Source: Psilocybe cubensis (taxonomy: Eukaryota). Taken from it: 64,000 bases of DNA. The notes beneath the pieces are model-generated. The model saw only the letters and a program-made list of their open reading frames with translations. It was not told the origin of the DNA and did no database searches. Below, in pieces: positions 23,983-36,860 of this stretch (position 1 is the stretch's first letter; each line of letters begins with the position of its first letter). Location of the stretch: positions 1,054,001 to 1,118,000 of the forward strand of contig CM039010.1 of assembly GCA_017499595.2 (NCBI GenBank). The letters are read 5' to 3'. The translations under genes were made by a program, and so were the position numbers.

Positions 23983-26900
23983 CTGAACAGCCTGTACCTG
24001 CATCTGTCGCCCGGTATGTATTGTGTTTTTTTAATATTGGAGACCCATACTTAAGGTGGATCATGATTGTGCTTCTGGCTCTGCACCCTTCTTATGATGT
24101 CTCCTTCCCTGGTGGCTAGTGAGGCGAAAAGCATACACCAATCGTTGAAAGAACTACTCAAAACCAAAGAGCCCTTCGATAAAGAGGTCGATTTCCAGCG
24201 GAAAAAGTGAGCTGTCTACGTCGCTTTATCGGCCCCATCTTCTCATGCACGCCGTTCGTTAGCCTAAGGAGGCGCTATCTTAATCTACTGCTCGTTCATC
24301 CCGATGCAAAAGAATCCAAGGATGTCGAGAACCATCTATGGATGCAAACTTCCTATGCCTTCATCTCCTCCTACAAGCAGAGCATCGCTGCCCTCGATCG
24401 TAGCACACAAAACAACCAACGCCACCAGCAACAGCAGCAACAACAAGGCCAACGTCCTCCTCCGCCGAGACAAAATCACGACGTCGAGCGTCGGAAGTTA
24501 GTGCAACGATTTCGGCAATTTCTAGCTGACGAGGAAAAATTCTGGACCCAATTGGTCCTTCGCCTTCGACGTTTGTTCGACTTGCGCGAAGCGCATCCTG
24601 CCCTAGTTGCGCTTGGCCTTCTTGAAGCTGACAATGTTGCTGCCTCCAGTATCCCTGAGGTATCCGAGACCCGTGACGGAGTTATGCACGGCGCTAGTGG
24701 CCGTAACCACTTCCAGTTTCCGCCGGAGGACCCCAGTGTATCATTTGCACCCACCACAGCCGAGGAGCGTGAAGGGCGCCTTGCAATCTTGAGCAAGGCT
24801 TTAATATGCTTGGGTGATATTGCTCGTTACAGGGAACTGTATAACGAGAGCAATGGCAAGAGAGCTGGCCACGAAGATGGCGGGTCAGGACGGAGGGGGC
24901 GTAATCGCCGAGGTGGGGGACCTGACCTACCTCCTCGCCCTAGAAACTATGACAAGGCACGACAGTGTTACGAGCAAGCCCGGTTGCTTGTACCATACGA
25001 GGGCAATCCTTCCCACCAGCTGGCAATTCTGTCGTCATACCAAAAGGACTCGTTCGCTTCTCTCATACACTATTATCGGGCGTTATGTGTCAGCCAGCCG
25101 TACGATACAGCTGCGGAGAATTTGGGAACTGTACTATCCAAGGCCTTAGAAATGTGGCGGCAACGAACTAAAAGAGAAAGGGACAAGAATGGAACGAATG
25201 ACATGCAACTTCCTCCCCGAGTGCGAGTCGAGCTGTTCAAGGAAAGGGTTGTGGTTTTGCATGCTTTGTGGCGAGTAGGTATGGATAAGGGCCTTGAAAA
25301 GTGAGTATGATTTGTTCTAACCTGTAATGGGTCATCTCACCATTGCGAATAGAATGAAGTCCATGTCTCCCAAGCACAACGAAAAAGTGTTCCATGACTT
25401 TTATGCCCTTGTTTCTGAACGACATCTACCCATCGACTTGATTTCCAATACTATCGTCCTCTCTCAGGGTGCACTCTGGAAGCACCGCATGATTCGTGAT
25501 ACACCTTCTACATCCCATCGTAAGACAGACGCAGCTCCTGTTCAACCTGGAACGGCCACATTGATCGAATGGGGCATGCTCGACCACCTCATGGATATGC
25601 ATCTTGTCCTACTTGAAGTAGGAAAGGATGAACTGAAAGATCCTCAAATAATGGAAGAAGGGGCCGACGATATCGCGCAACGCATCAGCGCCACCTTCAG
25701 ACGCACCCTTCCCGCTCTTAGAATTGCGAGCAAGTGGTTGCGCGCCAACTACAAATATGTCGTACAAGACCAAGAATTCATCGCGTACCAATCGCGCGAA
25801 TCGTCGAAGGGAATTAATATCGTCAAAAAAGATGAAAATAAGATCAGTGGGTATTCCAAAAAGACCCAGCGATTCTGGAAGGGCTATGCCCAATTTATGC
25901 TTGCATTGTCGCAAGCGTTCCCGGCCAACAAATTACACCCTTTTCTGTCTCCCCTGGAGGAGGACGTTGAGATGAAGGGATTTTTGCCGCTTAGAAAGCT
26001 GATGGGTGAAGAAAAGGGGAAGGAAAAGGCGCAAGTAAATGGGGCTCAAAGGGAGCAAGTTCATCCTAATGTTGAACAGTTGATGAGAATCTCCGACTTG
26101 TTAGAGGACGCAAAAGTACTTGTTCAAATGGAGGTGAGTGTTCGTAGTATGTTGTCGATGTCGATGTTGAAAATTTTTGACTTGTCAACTTGTAGAATTC
26201 CCCGTTGATGATGATTAACAATCACATTATGTTTGATCCTCTCATGGTGGAGGAAGTTCGACCTCGTTTACAACAAGAGGTTTCACCTGTGGTAGATAAT
26301 GATTCCGCCACTTCCAACCATGCTCAAGCCCCGCCGGTGCACGATGACACTGGGAAACAAATAGAGCCTGATGTGGATATTGAGGATGTGGACCACTTAA
26401 GTTCAACCGACGATGACCCGGTTGGCGAGGCATTCGAGCATCTAAAAACAGGCGGAAATGTATTGGATGAAGAAGAAGACGATGAAGAAGAAGATGAAAT
26501 TGTTTGGGATCCTAGGTATGTTGCATTAATCGAACGCAGCATTTACCTCTGTCTGACGTTTTTGAAGGGCTCCTATTTCCCCTGCGCTCTCTCCGATCAC
26601 CCGTGTGGCTCCCTTGACGCCAGTCAAACCCATTATCAGCCCTAAGGGTCTCTCCCCCAGATCTCCCACCCATTATCAACCTATCAAGCAACCAAGCTTT
26701 ACTACGCCTGCAACACACGCGCCCGCACCTCAAGCTGTTACGACGGCACAAGATCTTCTGAACGACGTCATGGGCTTGGCTACCGTAGGCAGAGTCATAA
26801 ACCCAGCCCATGTACCTTCTACAGAATCTGTTTCGACCGCCCCGCAACCTCAATTTTTGTTCGGGTCCGAGTTGTCTCATCGCCCAAGTCAGTCCATATG

Positions 26901-27486
26901 GTCAGCTTCTGAGGACGAGCAGCCTCTTATGTACTCCGGGAACACCAGTAATTCTACCGCACAAAGTGGTGGGCATATTTATCAGACGTCTCCTCGGCAA
27001 TTTGCCATCTCTCCAGCGTCACAGGATCTTTCGCAGCAGTCTATTTGGTCCTCGCCTTACCCGAGCCAATTAACGCACAATTCCCAGCAAAGTTTGGGTG
27101 GTGGGTTACCTCCGGCATATTCGCACTCGCACTCGCATCCTCCTCAGCCTATGCTTTCTCCTGTAGGTATGGCCCAAAGGCAACACCAACGAGTGCCTTC
27201 CGCTTCTGTGGCTGCGCAACTTTTCCCTAACCATATCCAAAGCCAACACGATCCCTTCGCATATGCGCCACCCATTCAGCCGCCTATTCATAGGCCAGAA
27301 CATATCCTTTCTCCTCAGTCTGGATACATCAATTCTCATGCTTCCCAACAAAGTTTTGGAGGCGGTTCGACAGAGTACTATGCCAGTTCTAATCCTGCAT
27401 ATCATTCGAGGCAGCTTTCGATGCATGATCCTCGTGTAGGACACGTGTCTGTCCCCATGTCGCAAATCTGGAGTCATACGGGGTGA
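23979..27486 (+). CDS. Est1/SMG7/Ebs1-like protein (EST1 TPR-like domain, low-complexity C-terminus, no PIN domain seen)
   Basis: LICLGDIARYRE, YDKARQCYEQARLLVPYEGNPSHQLAIL...YYRAL, LEEDVEMKGFLPL, then acidic and S/P/Q-rich tail. First exons splice in frame (MTEQPVPASVAREAKSIHQSL...). Confidence 0.85.
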
Positions 27487-28286
27487 AGGCAGAACCAAGA
27501 AGGAATCGTTAAATCAAATCTTTGCGGATGGCTTTCACGAAGAACATAAAAATCTAGCATTTTTTACTTGCCTCCGCCCTCTTTCCCCGGTGTTTGAAAT
27601 CGCCTGTATGGATGGACTTTCCCTAGCAACTTGAGGGTTGTCGGGATGCACAAGAGCGGAGCGGAAGAAGATATCGTTTGGTGGGGTGGCCACACTTTGA
27701 GTTTGTGGTCCTATTACCTCGCTGGGTTATCTGTGGTCGTATAGAAGACCATGTCAGGATAGATTCGTATCTTCTTCCGCCATCGTAGGACTGCTCAAGG
27801 CTCATATTCTTTTCATGCCTTTTCCCACAATGTATGCGCGATGAGCTTTTAGTGTACTCCGCTGTGCATATTTTTCTGCCCTTTTTATTTTCTCCCTGTC
27901 GGTCTCTCTCTCATTTGTTGCTCCATGGCTTCCCTCCTTTGTTGTACATCAGGGTTTGTTATCTGTCATCACTTCCTCCTCCCTTCCCATTCCTTTGTCT
28001 TTATTTTTCCTTTACTTTGCTGGACGATTGGTGTCTTTCATTGCGGACTAACTTAACGATGGAAGAAGTTATGTCTGCGAGTTTGCAATACAGGCAGAGT
28101 TATCTTTGCTGTTTATATTGAAAAACAAGTGCCTTTGCTGTGTTTGTTTCCTAAATTTTGTTGAATGAGGAACGACTTTCCGGAAGAATCGATTCGATGT
28201 TCATTGTTGCGATTGAGTTTATTGATACATGTACAGTAGAGGGTTAAGAGTTTGCCCCATCATGGCGTTCGTAATGATGGTATGAT

Positions 28287-28928
28287 TCACGACGAATTGG
28301 TTGCTGCCGCCTTTTCCCAAGGCTTCTTGGGTAGTGGGGCGTTGGACTGACTAGGAGGAGCATCCTACATAACCTTGTTTAGGGCTGCACGGGGTACGGG
28401 GTGTAGTGCAATGACTCACGTTCAGCCGATCCGGGATGATTTTGTTATTTGGTATCTTGTCGACATTGCCTGATTCTATCAACTCTTTGAGCTCTGCAAA
28501 GGTCAAAACGCGGGTCTCATCGTCGTTGGCAGAATCTGCAGGGGTTGCAAGTTCAAATTCACGGACTTGCTCCAAGGTGATTGAACTTCCGGTTATCCTG
28601 CAGCAGATGGAGTGGCGGATTACATGTCTCTTTCACAGAGCAATCGTAAATGAACTCTCGCTTACTTGTTGAAATAAAACACTCGGGTGCGTCTTATCAT
28701 TTCATCTCGGACCTCCTGAGACGATGAGGTGTCGTAAGTTCCTCCCGACAGGATACTAGCTAGACCTTGCTTGGGAGAACGAGAACAGAGGTCACTTTGA
28801 AAATGTGGTCAAGTTGATGTCCATCGGCGAACACTGACCTGGTAGTTTTCGTCTGTGTCAAATGGGTAGGCAGCATATGCCTTGAGAGCATCTGAAGGAG
28901 CATTGAGTGACTGGGATTCTGTGGACAT
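28287..28928 (-). CDS. PEX39: Small KPWE-motif protein, PEX39 (YJR012C/C6orf226)-like
   Basis: Four exons give MSTESQ...YAAYPFDTDENYQQGLASIL...RTRVFYFNK...LTFAELKELIESGNVDKIPNNKIIPDRLNDAPPSQSNAPLPKKPWEKAAATNSS*. Confidence 0.7.
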
Positions 28929-29170
28929 GATGAAACAAGGGATGGTACAAGGCTGAGCGCGAGCTGCTCTATCTGCGTCCAAATCCGTTCCAGTAGCCGG
29001 AGTCAAACGCCGGGGTAGATGACATAAGCAAGTAGTAGTATTTGCCATGAAGCCAGATGGCAAACAAATGTCCCTTTTGGGCATCTCCGGTCAGATTTCG
29101 TTTGGCGGTTAGCACTGGATGCAATTCTGCCCTCAACTCTACCTCCAACTCCTTGCGAGCATATCCAAGG

Positions 29171-31108
29171 ATGATGAACTCAAACCCACAAAATAAGCTG
29201 CAGAAAGATCGTAATCAAAAGATTCTTCTTGAACTCGCCAGTTTACCTGGAAATAGTGCGTCAGTTGTGCATGCTTTAGGGGTAGAGCCAGTTCATTCAT
29301 GCCACCGTCGACCCATTAGACATATGCGCTGATTGTAAAACGAGAATGCCACGATGGGCATCTCACAGTCTAGGAATATTTATTTGGTACGTTATGGGTT
29401 TCTGCGTGAAACCATATATCTACTCAACCCTTCTATTCGTAGCGTGAATTGTGCAAGCATTCACAGAAAGATCGGGACACATATTACCAAAGTGTATGCA
29501 TTCTAAGGTCACAACTGCACATAGACACCCTCAATAACACTTAAATCAATTTGGATAGGAAGAGCTTGACGATGGATGATTGGACGAAGGATCAAATTGA
29601 AGTCAGCCTTTCACTTATTTTACTCTGCGCAATATCTAAACAACTCGCGGTGTTCAGTTCATGAAGTCGATGGGAAATGTAAAGTCGAATAGCATTTACA
29701 ACCCTAACGAGCTACGCCACCCACCGCCACCGAATCTCGAAGAGACTGAGAGGGATAGTGAGATTGAGCAGTATATCCGAGGTGCGTGCGTTGTGTCATG
29801 GTCATGTCTACTTCAGATTGACATTTCAATTCAGCGAAGTATGAGTACAGAAAATTCATTGACAAGTCCGCTTTGGTCGCTTCCAAACTTGGCCCTTCGC
29901 GATCTGCTGCCAGTGTGGCACCCCGATCTGTCTCGTCGCCTTTGTCAAGTTCCACACAGGCATCTCCTCCATCACAGCCAGCGCCACCTCCGAGCGCGCC
30001 TCCGCGACCGCTTGTCACAGCGACCGACGCGGCAGCGACATCTTTGGCTCCACGTCTCGCTTCCGGTTCAAATCAAGCCTCTGAATACCCTGCCCCTACC
30101 TCGTACTATGCGCAAAACCAAAGATCCATGTCGCATCCTGTTCCGGTTACCCAAGCACAACATCTACAACAGGCGCAACGACAGAATACCATAGGTGGAG
30201 TCAGTTCAATATGGGATGATCTCAATTCCATTGCTGGTCCGGTCCAAAATTCGACTTTACCTTTACAGTATCAATCGAGCCCTAGTTTCTCCAGTGCACC
30301 GAAACCCCACGTAAATGGTGCAATAGGTGCACAAGGATACCCAGTGGGCGTCACGTCGGCAGGAATGGGCATGAATCCATTCCAAAGCCAGCAGATCGGC
30401 ACGAACCCTTATTCACAACAGCAATCTCAATCTCCGTTTGCCCCGGCTCAGATGTCGTCGCCTTTTTCACAGACGACCACAGGAACATCACCGGCTGCTC
30501 CGTCCTACGCTCAATTCCAGGCTTCGAGTAACCCGATGTTGAGTCAGTCGACGTCTGGCACTTTCATGCAACCACAGGCACAGGCGACGCTGCAGATACA
30601 AAGTCCTGTGGGACAGAGCTACCTATCTGCGTCTCCCAGTCAGGGGTTCATGACTCCAAGCGTCAGCCAGCCACAATTTCTCTCACATAGCCCCAGTCAA
30701 CCATTTTTGTCTCCCAGTCCAAGTCAGCAATTCCTTTCCCATAGCCCACAACCCCAAGTGCAGCAGCAGCCACCGACTCAAGGGCAGTTCGGGTATCAGA
30801 GCCCCATGTCGGCGTCGTCGGCTCAGTTTGGCGCGATGGGCGCGTCGGACTCTGGCCAGAGTCAATTTTTGGGAATGACGACTATGCAGATGCAGCAGCA
30901 GCTTCTCTTGCAGCAGCAGCAACAACAACAAATGCAGCAGCAGATGCAACAGCAACAAATGCAGCAGCAGATGCAAACGCAGCAGCAGCAACAGCTTGCA
31001 CAACAGGGCATGTTTACGGCCAGTCAGCCGCAGATGATGTACGGCCAGATGTTTCCTCAAAGTGGCAGCTATTCTGCGGGGACCCAACAGCAATGGGGAG
31101 CCATGTGA
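29171..31108 (+). CDS. ArfGAP-domain protein (SMAP/Age2/Gts1-like) with S/P/Q-rich tail
   Basis: PGNNICADCKTRMPRWASHSLGIFICVNCASIHRKIGTHITKVKSLTMDDW (C4 zinc finger plus catalytic Arg), EQYIRAKYEYRKF. Confidence 0.93.
30886..31006 (+). repeat. Coding CAG/CAA repeat (poly-Gln interrupted by Met)
   Basis: Runs of cagcagcagcaacaacaacaaatg encoding QMQQQLLLQQQQQQQMQQQMQQQQMQQQMQTQQQQQLAQQ. Confidence 0.85.
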
Positions 31109-31595
31109 TGAGCCTGCATGCTTTCGAATGCACTGACCTTTTATGCTTTTAATCGGCAGCAGAGCTCATGCCTTGTTTTCTACTGACAGCAGTGATTCAT
31201 TCCTTTTACTTTATTTTCGGGTTTCATTTTTGATGATATACATATCTCCTCTTCCCTCTTTCTTGATTTTCAATTTGGCTGCTTTATGGATGGGATTCAC
31301 CAGGATATTAATGCGCTTGTATTATTATTGGATGCCCGGAATATTTCACGCTGCCCGTTTATGTTACTAATTTTCTTTCTCTTTGTTTATATCTTTCAAT
31401 GCAGTATACCTTGTTATTCTACTTTGACCTGACTGGCTATTAAATATTCACGCTGATCCGGGACTTCAGGGATTAGGATATCACCGAACTCAGGCGTGGG
31501 AGTCTTTTACTCCGAGCATCTCCAATTTCATCTCTCACTCATACTACTCACTCGGGCTCCTGGTTAAGGCTATCAAGTTATAGTCCCTTTATGTT

Positions 31596-33658
31596 ATGTC
31601 GCCACAAGTTTCCTGGGCGAATAGGATTCTTTTCTTATTAATCGCTTGGACACTCCCCTGCTTAACACGCGTAGCAGCACAGACATGGTACGCGATTGAC
31701 GCGTCACTCGGGTTTATTCCGTTACACGTTCAAGAACCGTTGACCATCTCTTCTGTGTAGGTGTGGCAAAAACTATAGGAAAGATCAACCCATAACTCCT
31801 CCTGAGGGTGCTTTTGAGACTCTGGAGGAACTTTCTGCTCCGCAACTCGCGTTCCAATGCGCGCCTAGGATGCACATATATCTCGAAAGTGATGACTGTG
31901 ACGCAGCATCTATCATTCTCGATACCTTGGTCACTTTCACCCGTTTGCGGTATTCATGGCCTTTGCCGGACTCTTTCGACACGCTTGATCCCTCAAACTT
32001 CAGTTTGCATGTTGACATTGGAGAAGAACGCTCTAGTTTCTCTAATGTCCTCTTCAACGCCACGAATATAGAGATTCCTGTGTCACTGTGTAGCTTGCAG
32101 CCACGCCTTGAGCCGTATGCAGTAAGATGTACCTTATCTCTTGGGCAGGAAAAAAGTTATACTTCTACGACTTCTCTCTCTTATCTTCCCCGTCATCATT
32201 TTGGGTCTGTAACGACGATAGATCGCAAAACGGGGGCTATGTTGGTCAAAACAACCGGACGAGAGTACAAGCCAATATTTCCGATAGGGTTTTATACAGA
32301 TTTTGGAGGATATCTGGCGTCTAATTTAAGTATTTTAGACGAGATCAAGGAGCAAGGGTAGTTAAAATGCGCTTATTTTTCATGCTGACGTTCTGACTCA
32401 TTTTTTGTCATTTATGTCGACTTAGATTCAATGTCGTTCATCCCGTGCCGCCTTTTGGTGACCAAGCCGTGTTTGAAGCGATGTTAGACTATCTCGACGA
32501 CATCGGATTGTATCTAATGTATGATATGCGACAGTGAGTTATTTCGGGTTGTCTCATTGTCATACAGTGTTCATGTCCACAGCTCTTACCGGGACCTTGA
32601 AGAAGTTGCACGAGAGGTGAAAGCTATCAGACACCGAAAAAGTCTGTTGCTGTGGTATACTGCAGACGAGCCAGACGGCCATGGACACCCTTTCGATGCA
32701 GCACGAAAGGCCTATGAAGTCGTCAATAATCTCGACCAATATCACCCTGTATCAATTGCGCTCAACTGTGCCGACTATTTCTTTGAGGAGTATACCTCTG
32801 GGGCAGATATTATTATGCATGATGTCTATTCCTTCGGGAATAATGTTACATTCTCGTCCAAGTATGACACACCTTGCACCACAGATTTCGGTTGCTGTGG
32901 ATGCGACAATTGCATAGGTAATCTGGAGGACACATCCAAAAGGCTCGACGACGCCAGTAGAAGGCTAAAAGTCATGGGCTGGGAGAAAACTAAATTTAAC
33001 TGGGCTGTACCTCAGGCTTTTGGGGGTGAAGAGTCAGTCGCTATGTTTGCTTACCTATTCAGCTTGAACTCCACGCTGACTTGAAACCGAAAAATGAAAT
33101 AGGTTCTGGGCCCGCCCTCCTACTGGGAAAGAGTGGCTAGCTCAGACCCTCCTGAGCATAAACCATGGCGCTCGAGGTAAGTGCGCAGCAGTTGTCTTTT
33201 GCCTTTGTTGCTATTCGTGCGACCAAATCAAACTAATTTCAAAAGGTGTCATACCGTGGATCGACCCCACTCCTGTAGATATCAAACATTGCGCCTCTCG
33301 ATTGGCATTAACACTGCCTCGAATAGCGACATTTCTGTTCGACGAGAATGTGATATTCAAACACTTCACGTATGGGCGTATAGATACCGGCACATGGACA
33401 AAAGGACACGAAACTCTTTTCGTGGCGATTAATCTTGACGATGAGTATGCAGCTGAATATGACTTCCTTGGTCGTCAGCAACGCCAATCATTAAAATGGT
33501 TAATAAACGAAGGTGTATCCAATAATACTATGGGACATCTGAGTTTCGAACCTTCGGCGTCGGCGATCTTCGTTACCTTTCGTATTCGTACGGCGCATAG
33601 CAATGAGCGAAGTGAAGCCAGCGGCGACGTCAGGCTTGTAGAGCACGACGAACTTTGA
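31596..33658 (+). CDS. Uncharacterised glycoside-hydrolase-like (TIM barrel) protein with signal peptide and C-terminal HDEL
   Basis: MSPQVSWANRILFLLIAWTLPCLTRVAAQTWCGKNY..., FPIGFYT, LLLWYTADEPDG, DQYHPVSIALNC, DIIMHDVY, WAVPQAFG, INHGARGVIPW; ends VEHDEL*. Confidence 0.75.
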
Positions 33659-34598
33659 ATGTTTTATGTTCACCCATACGGCACATGCCAAACAGTGGAC
33701 AAATGATTTATGCACGCGATGAGAAGGCTATGGTTTTCTCGTCTACGCGCTGGAACGGTAAGCAAATCTTCATGGCGGCTTTTGTTGACCGCCATCTGTC
33801 TGAAAAGGCTAATTTTAGGTGCATCGGCCAGGATTTTAGCTTTAGACGCCAAACAAATCCTTATCCTGATTACTGCATTTTTAAAAAGTTGAGACTGCAT
33901 CGGATGCGAATTTTCCTATTAGCTATTTTTCATAGCTGCGGAAGATCCTTAACAATTCTAACTAACGCAGGACAATGCAATACAAACATGTTAAAAAGCC
34001 AGGCTTGGAAAAAGAAATATCATTCTAAAATACCTCTACTCAAGACTACCGATGGTCAAGTCAACAGTAATCCTGGCTGCAGCGTCAGCATCGACGCCCA
34101 TTGTGGCCCAAAATGCTGCACCTTACAAACAGGTATACTCTCAATCAATAAGCCTTTAACGTTTAGTTGTGCTGATGATGGATGCTGCTGGAATAGTGTG
34201 GCGGAGTTGAACATCACGGCCCAACAACTTGTGACAGAGGCTTCAATTGCATATGCGCCGACCCAAACCGTTCCTTGTGCTTGCCTATTCCGCCCCTGGA
34301 TTCAAGGCCAATTTATGTCAGGACAAACAAGACAGGCTCTTTTCAGACGACCAACCAAAATCAAAAGGGCGATAGTAGTTCAGAGACCATTCAGACCAAC
34401 AAACAAGATCAAAATGCGACATCGAGTCAGTCAAAAGCCTGCCCTACCACCAGTAAATAAAACCCGCAAATTCCCTTTCATTTTGGATAACTATTCTGTA
34501 TTTAATCCAACTGGAATGTAACTCTTTGTATGTTGCATTACGAAAAAAAGTGCCAGATATACAGGGTACACAGGTGGTAATCAAAAAGCTATTAGTCC

Positions 34599-34670
34599 TA
34601 GCAGCAACTCGTTTCGATCGAGTGACCTCAGGGTTATGAGCCCCGCGCGCTACCGCTGCGCCATGCTGCT
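34599..34670 (-). tRNA. Initiator tRNA-Met (CAT), copy 2
   Basis: 72 nt, identical to copy 1 except at window positions 34644 and 34655. A T5 terminator follows at 34583-34587. Confidence 0.96.
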
Positions 34671-35153
34671 ATGAGTACGTAAAGCATTAAAATTGTTCTG
34701 GGCTCTGGGCTTGTGTTTTTTAATTTTCGGAGTTGCAGATTGTTTTGGCGATTGTCCATCGGGGATAACTACATACAAATATGGAAATTTGTGTTGATGA
34801 TTCCGCATCGGTTTTTATTGCTGCCGTGTGTCTCATTTACTGCTGCGCAAATTGATATCCAAAGCAAATCCATCAATTTATGGTCTTCGCTGCTTTCTTC
34901 CCTCCGAAGTATTTTCAAGGCCAATGGAGGCCTGTTTGATTGTGGCAAAACATAGAATGTGCGAAAGTTATAAATTACTTGTATCGCCTTTAACCAGCCT
35001 GTAGTTTTCTTTTATGTACCTTCACATTATCTCAAAGCCTCAATTTCCACAGAGAAGGGCATGGCAAAGTATTATAAAAATTTGATAAAGTTAAAAGAGA
35101 AATAGAAGATACTGAAAAATAGATATTCCAACCTCGAATAAAATACTAAAATA

Positions 35154-36464
35154 TTAACACGAAGCCTCTGGAAGAGATTCTAGAAAGGAAAGGCGAAGCC
35201 CTTTTGATGAGAGGTACTGCAATATTTTCCGATCCTCGCGACACAGCCCTTTTCCGTCTGGCTCCCCTAGGATGACAACCTCCTTCAAATTGTCATGCTT
35301 GAATCTATCCCGGACCAACTGGCCAAAGGACCCACTCTCGTCAATACAGTTATCTCTCACAGTCAAGTTTTTCAGGTCTGGTATAAGGTACCCATTTGGG
35401 TTGGTCATATAAAACGGACAACTCCGCTCAGAGAACAACAGTGGAGGGGGTGCACCCCGCCAATGATCCTCCTGACCATCTAAAATCAGCTCCTCAATAT
35501 CTTCATTCAGCCGAAGCGCGTTCATAAGCTGGACCTCGTTCAGCCTCATCTTGTGCAGATGAAGCTTCCGGATGCGCGGCTGCACAGCGACATAAAATTC
35601 TGCAAAGTGTGTAGAGCTCCAATCGCTCTCGTAGCCGAGGGTGAGTTGTTCGAGGTCCGGCGCGGCGATTCTGTCGAGCAGCGCAAAGACATGGCCAAAG
35701 TCATCGCGGTCAAAGTCCAGCTCGTCGAGTTGGATGTTGAGCACGCGGAGGTTCACACACGCCGCTACGAAGACCTCAGCGCGCGGGTTGGGTCCGGTGA
35801 TGGCTGTCGCGTAAAACTCCCGTACGTTGAGTGACCCCTGTAGTATCTCGTGCGCTTGGGCGGCTGAGCAGCGGGTATCGAGAAACCGGATGCTCGTCAA
35901 ATTCTCGAACGGTATTTTAGCTAGATATTTGAGCGGCGGCATGGTGTATCCAGAGTCACATATATCAATGCGATGGAGGCTTGCGTATCGATTGCACAAC
36001 AACACTGTAATCAGCCGCGTGAGGGAGGGCGCCAGTTCTCCTGCTTTGCCTATATTCCGTATCATCAGGCTGGTGAAGTAATGCGGCCGCGGACGCTCTG
36101 CATCCATCCAAGACGTCTTCTTCATAAGATAGTTGAGCAGAGGGATGTCAAACCTAGCAGTGTGCCAACGATGAAAAACGCTCCAGAGCAGGGACATGTG
36201 AGGTTGGAGTGATAGGCTCAGCTCGATGGCAGGCCAGTGCCAGAGTGAGATATTGATCGGCGCGGTTGGGTGTCTTTGGACTTCACGAGCGAGCGACATG
36301 TAATCAGGAAGAATGGCGTTGCCATTTAGCGTGAGTTCAACATTCAGGTTACCATACTTGTCATAGTAAAGGCAGCTCTCGGTGGACGTTGCACCTCCAT
36401 AGAAACTTTGCCATTGCGTAGACGTGGTAGGAACTGGATAGGGGACGACAGACATATCTACCAT
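35154..36464 (-). CDS. RNI-like LRR protein related to the agaric F-box family, no F-box visible, intronless ORF
   Basis: 436 aa ORF: HRWHTARF, IPFENLTSIRF, LDRIAAPDLEQLTL, IPDLKNLTV. Resembles the 55577-57030 protein. Confidence 0.7.
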   Translation of the reverse strand: MVDMSVVPYPVPTTSTQWQSFYGGATSTESCLYYDKYGNLNVELTLNGNAILPDYMSLAREVQRHPTAPINISLWHWPAIELSLSLQPHMSLLWSVFHRWHTARFDIPLLNYLMKKTSWMDAERPRPHYFTSLMIRNIGKAGELAPSLTRLITVLLCNRYASLHRIDICDSGYTMPPLKYLAKIPFENLTSIRFLDTRCSAAQAHEILQGSLNVREFYATAITGPNPRAEVFVAACVNLRVLNIQLDELDFDRDDFGHVFALLDRIAAPDLEQLTLGYESDWSSTHFAEFYVAVQPRIRKLHLHKMRLNEVQLMNALRLNEDIEELILDGQEDHWRGAPPPLLFSERSCPFYMTNPNGYLIPDLKNLTVRDNCIDESGSFGQLVRDRFKHDNLKEVVILGEPDGKGLCREDRKILQYLSSKGLRLSFLESLPEASC

Positions 36465-36837
36465 TCAAAGTGGTTAGCATGTAAAGGTTGAAGGAATAAG
36501 ATATGTTTCCCACATACATAGTGGTAGGATGGGGGCTAGGCGTAGTTGCGTTAATATTGTTCTTTCATTTTGCTGCAATTTATGCACAGCAGAACAAGGA
36601 GGTCCCGAATAGGTCGATAGGCGTTGCAGCTAACGAAGTTGAGATGTGGGCGCTAATCAATTTTATAAATATCTGTGAGCAGCACTAAAATGACATTGAA
36701 GAGTTCCATTGTGACTATTTGCCTACAAGGCATTGAAGCCTTGGGTAACAGCATTGACGTCAAAGACAAACCTTTCCAATTTCGTGGATAAGGTAGTCGA
36801 AATAAACAAGGAATATGAAGGGTACTATTGTACGGGT

Positions 36838-36860
36838 TGTGTGTGTGTGTGCGTGTGTGT
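36838..36860. repeat. Imperfect (TG)n microsatellite
   Basis: tgtgtgtgtgtgtgcgtgtgtgt. Confidence 0.8.

Noticed and set aside
30683-31093. Poly-Leu minus-strand ORF
   Set aside because: Antisense reading of the CAG/CAA poly-Gln tract of the ArfGAP gene.
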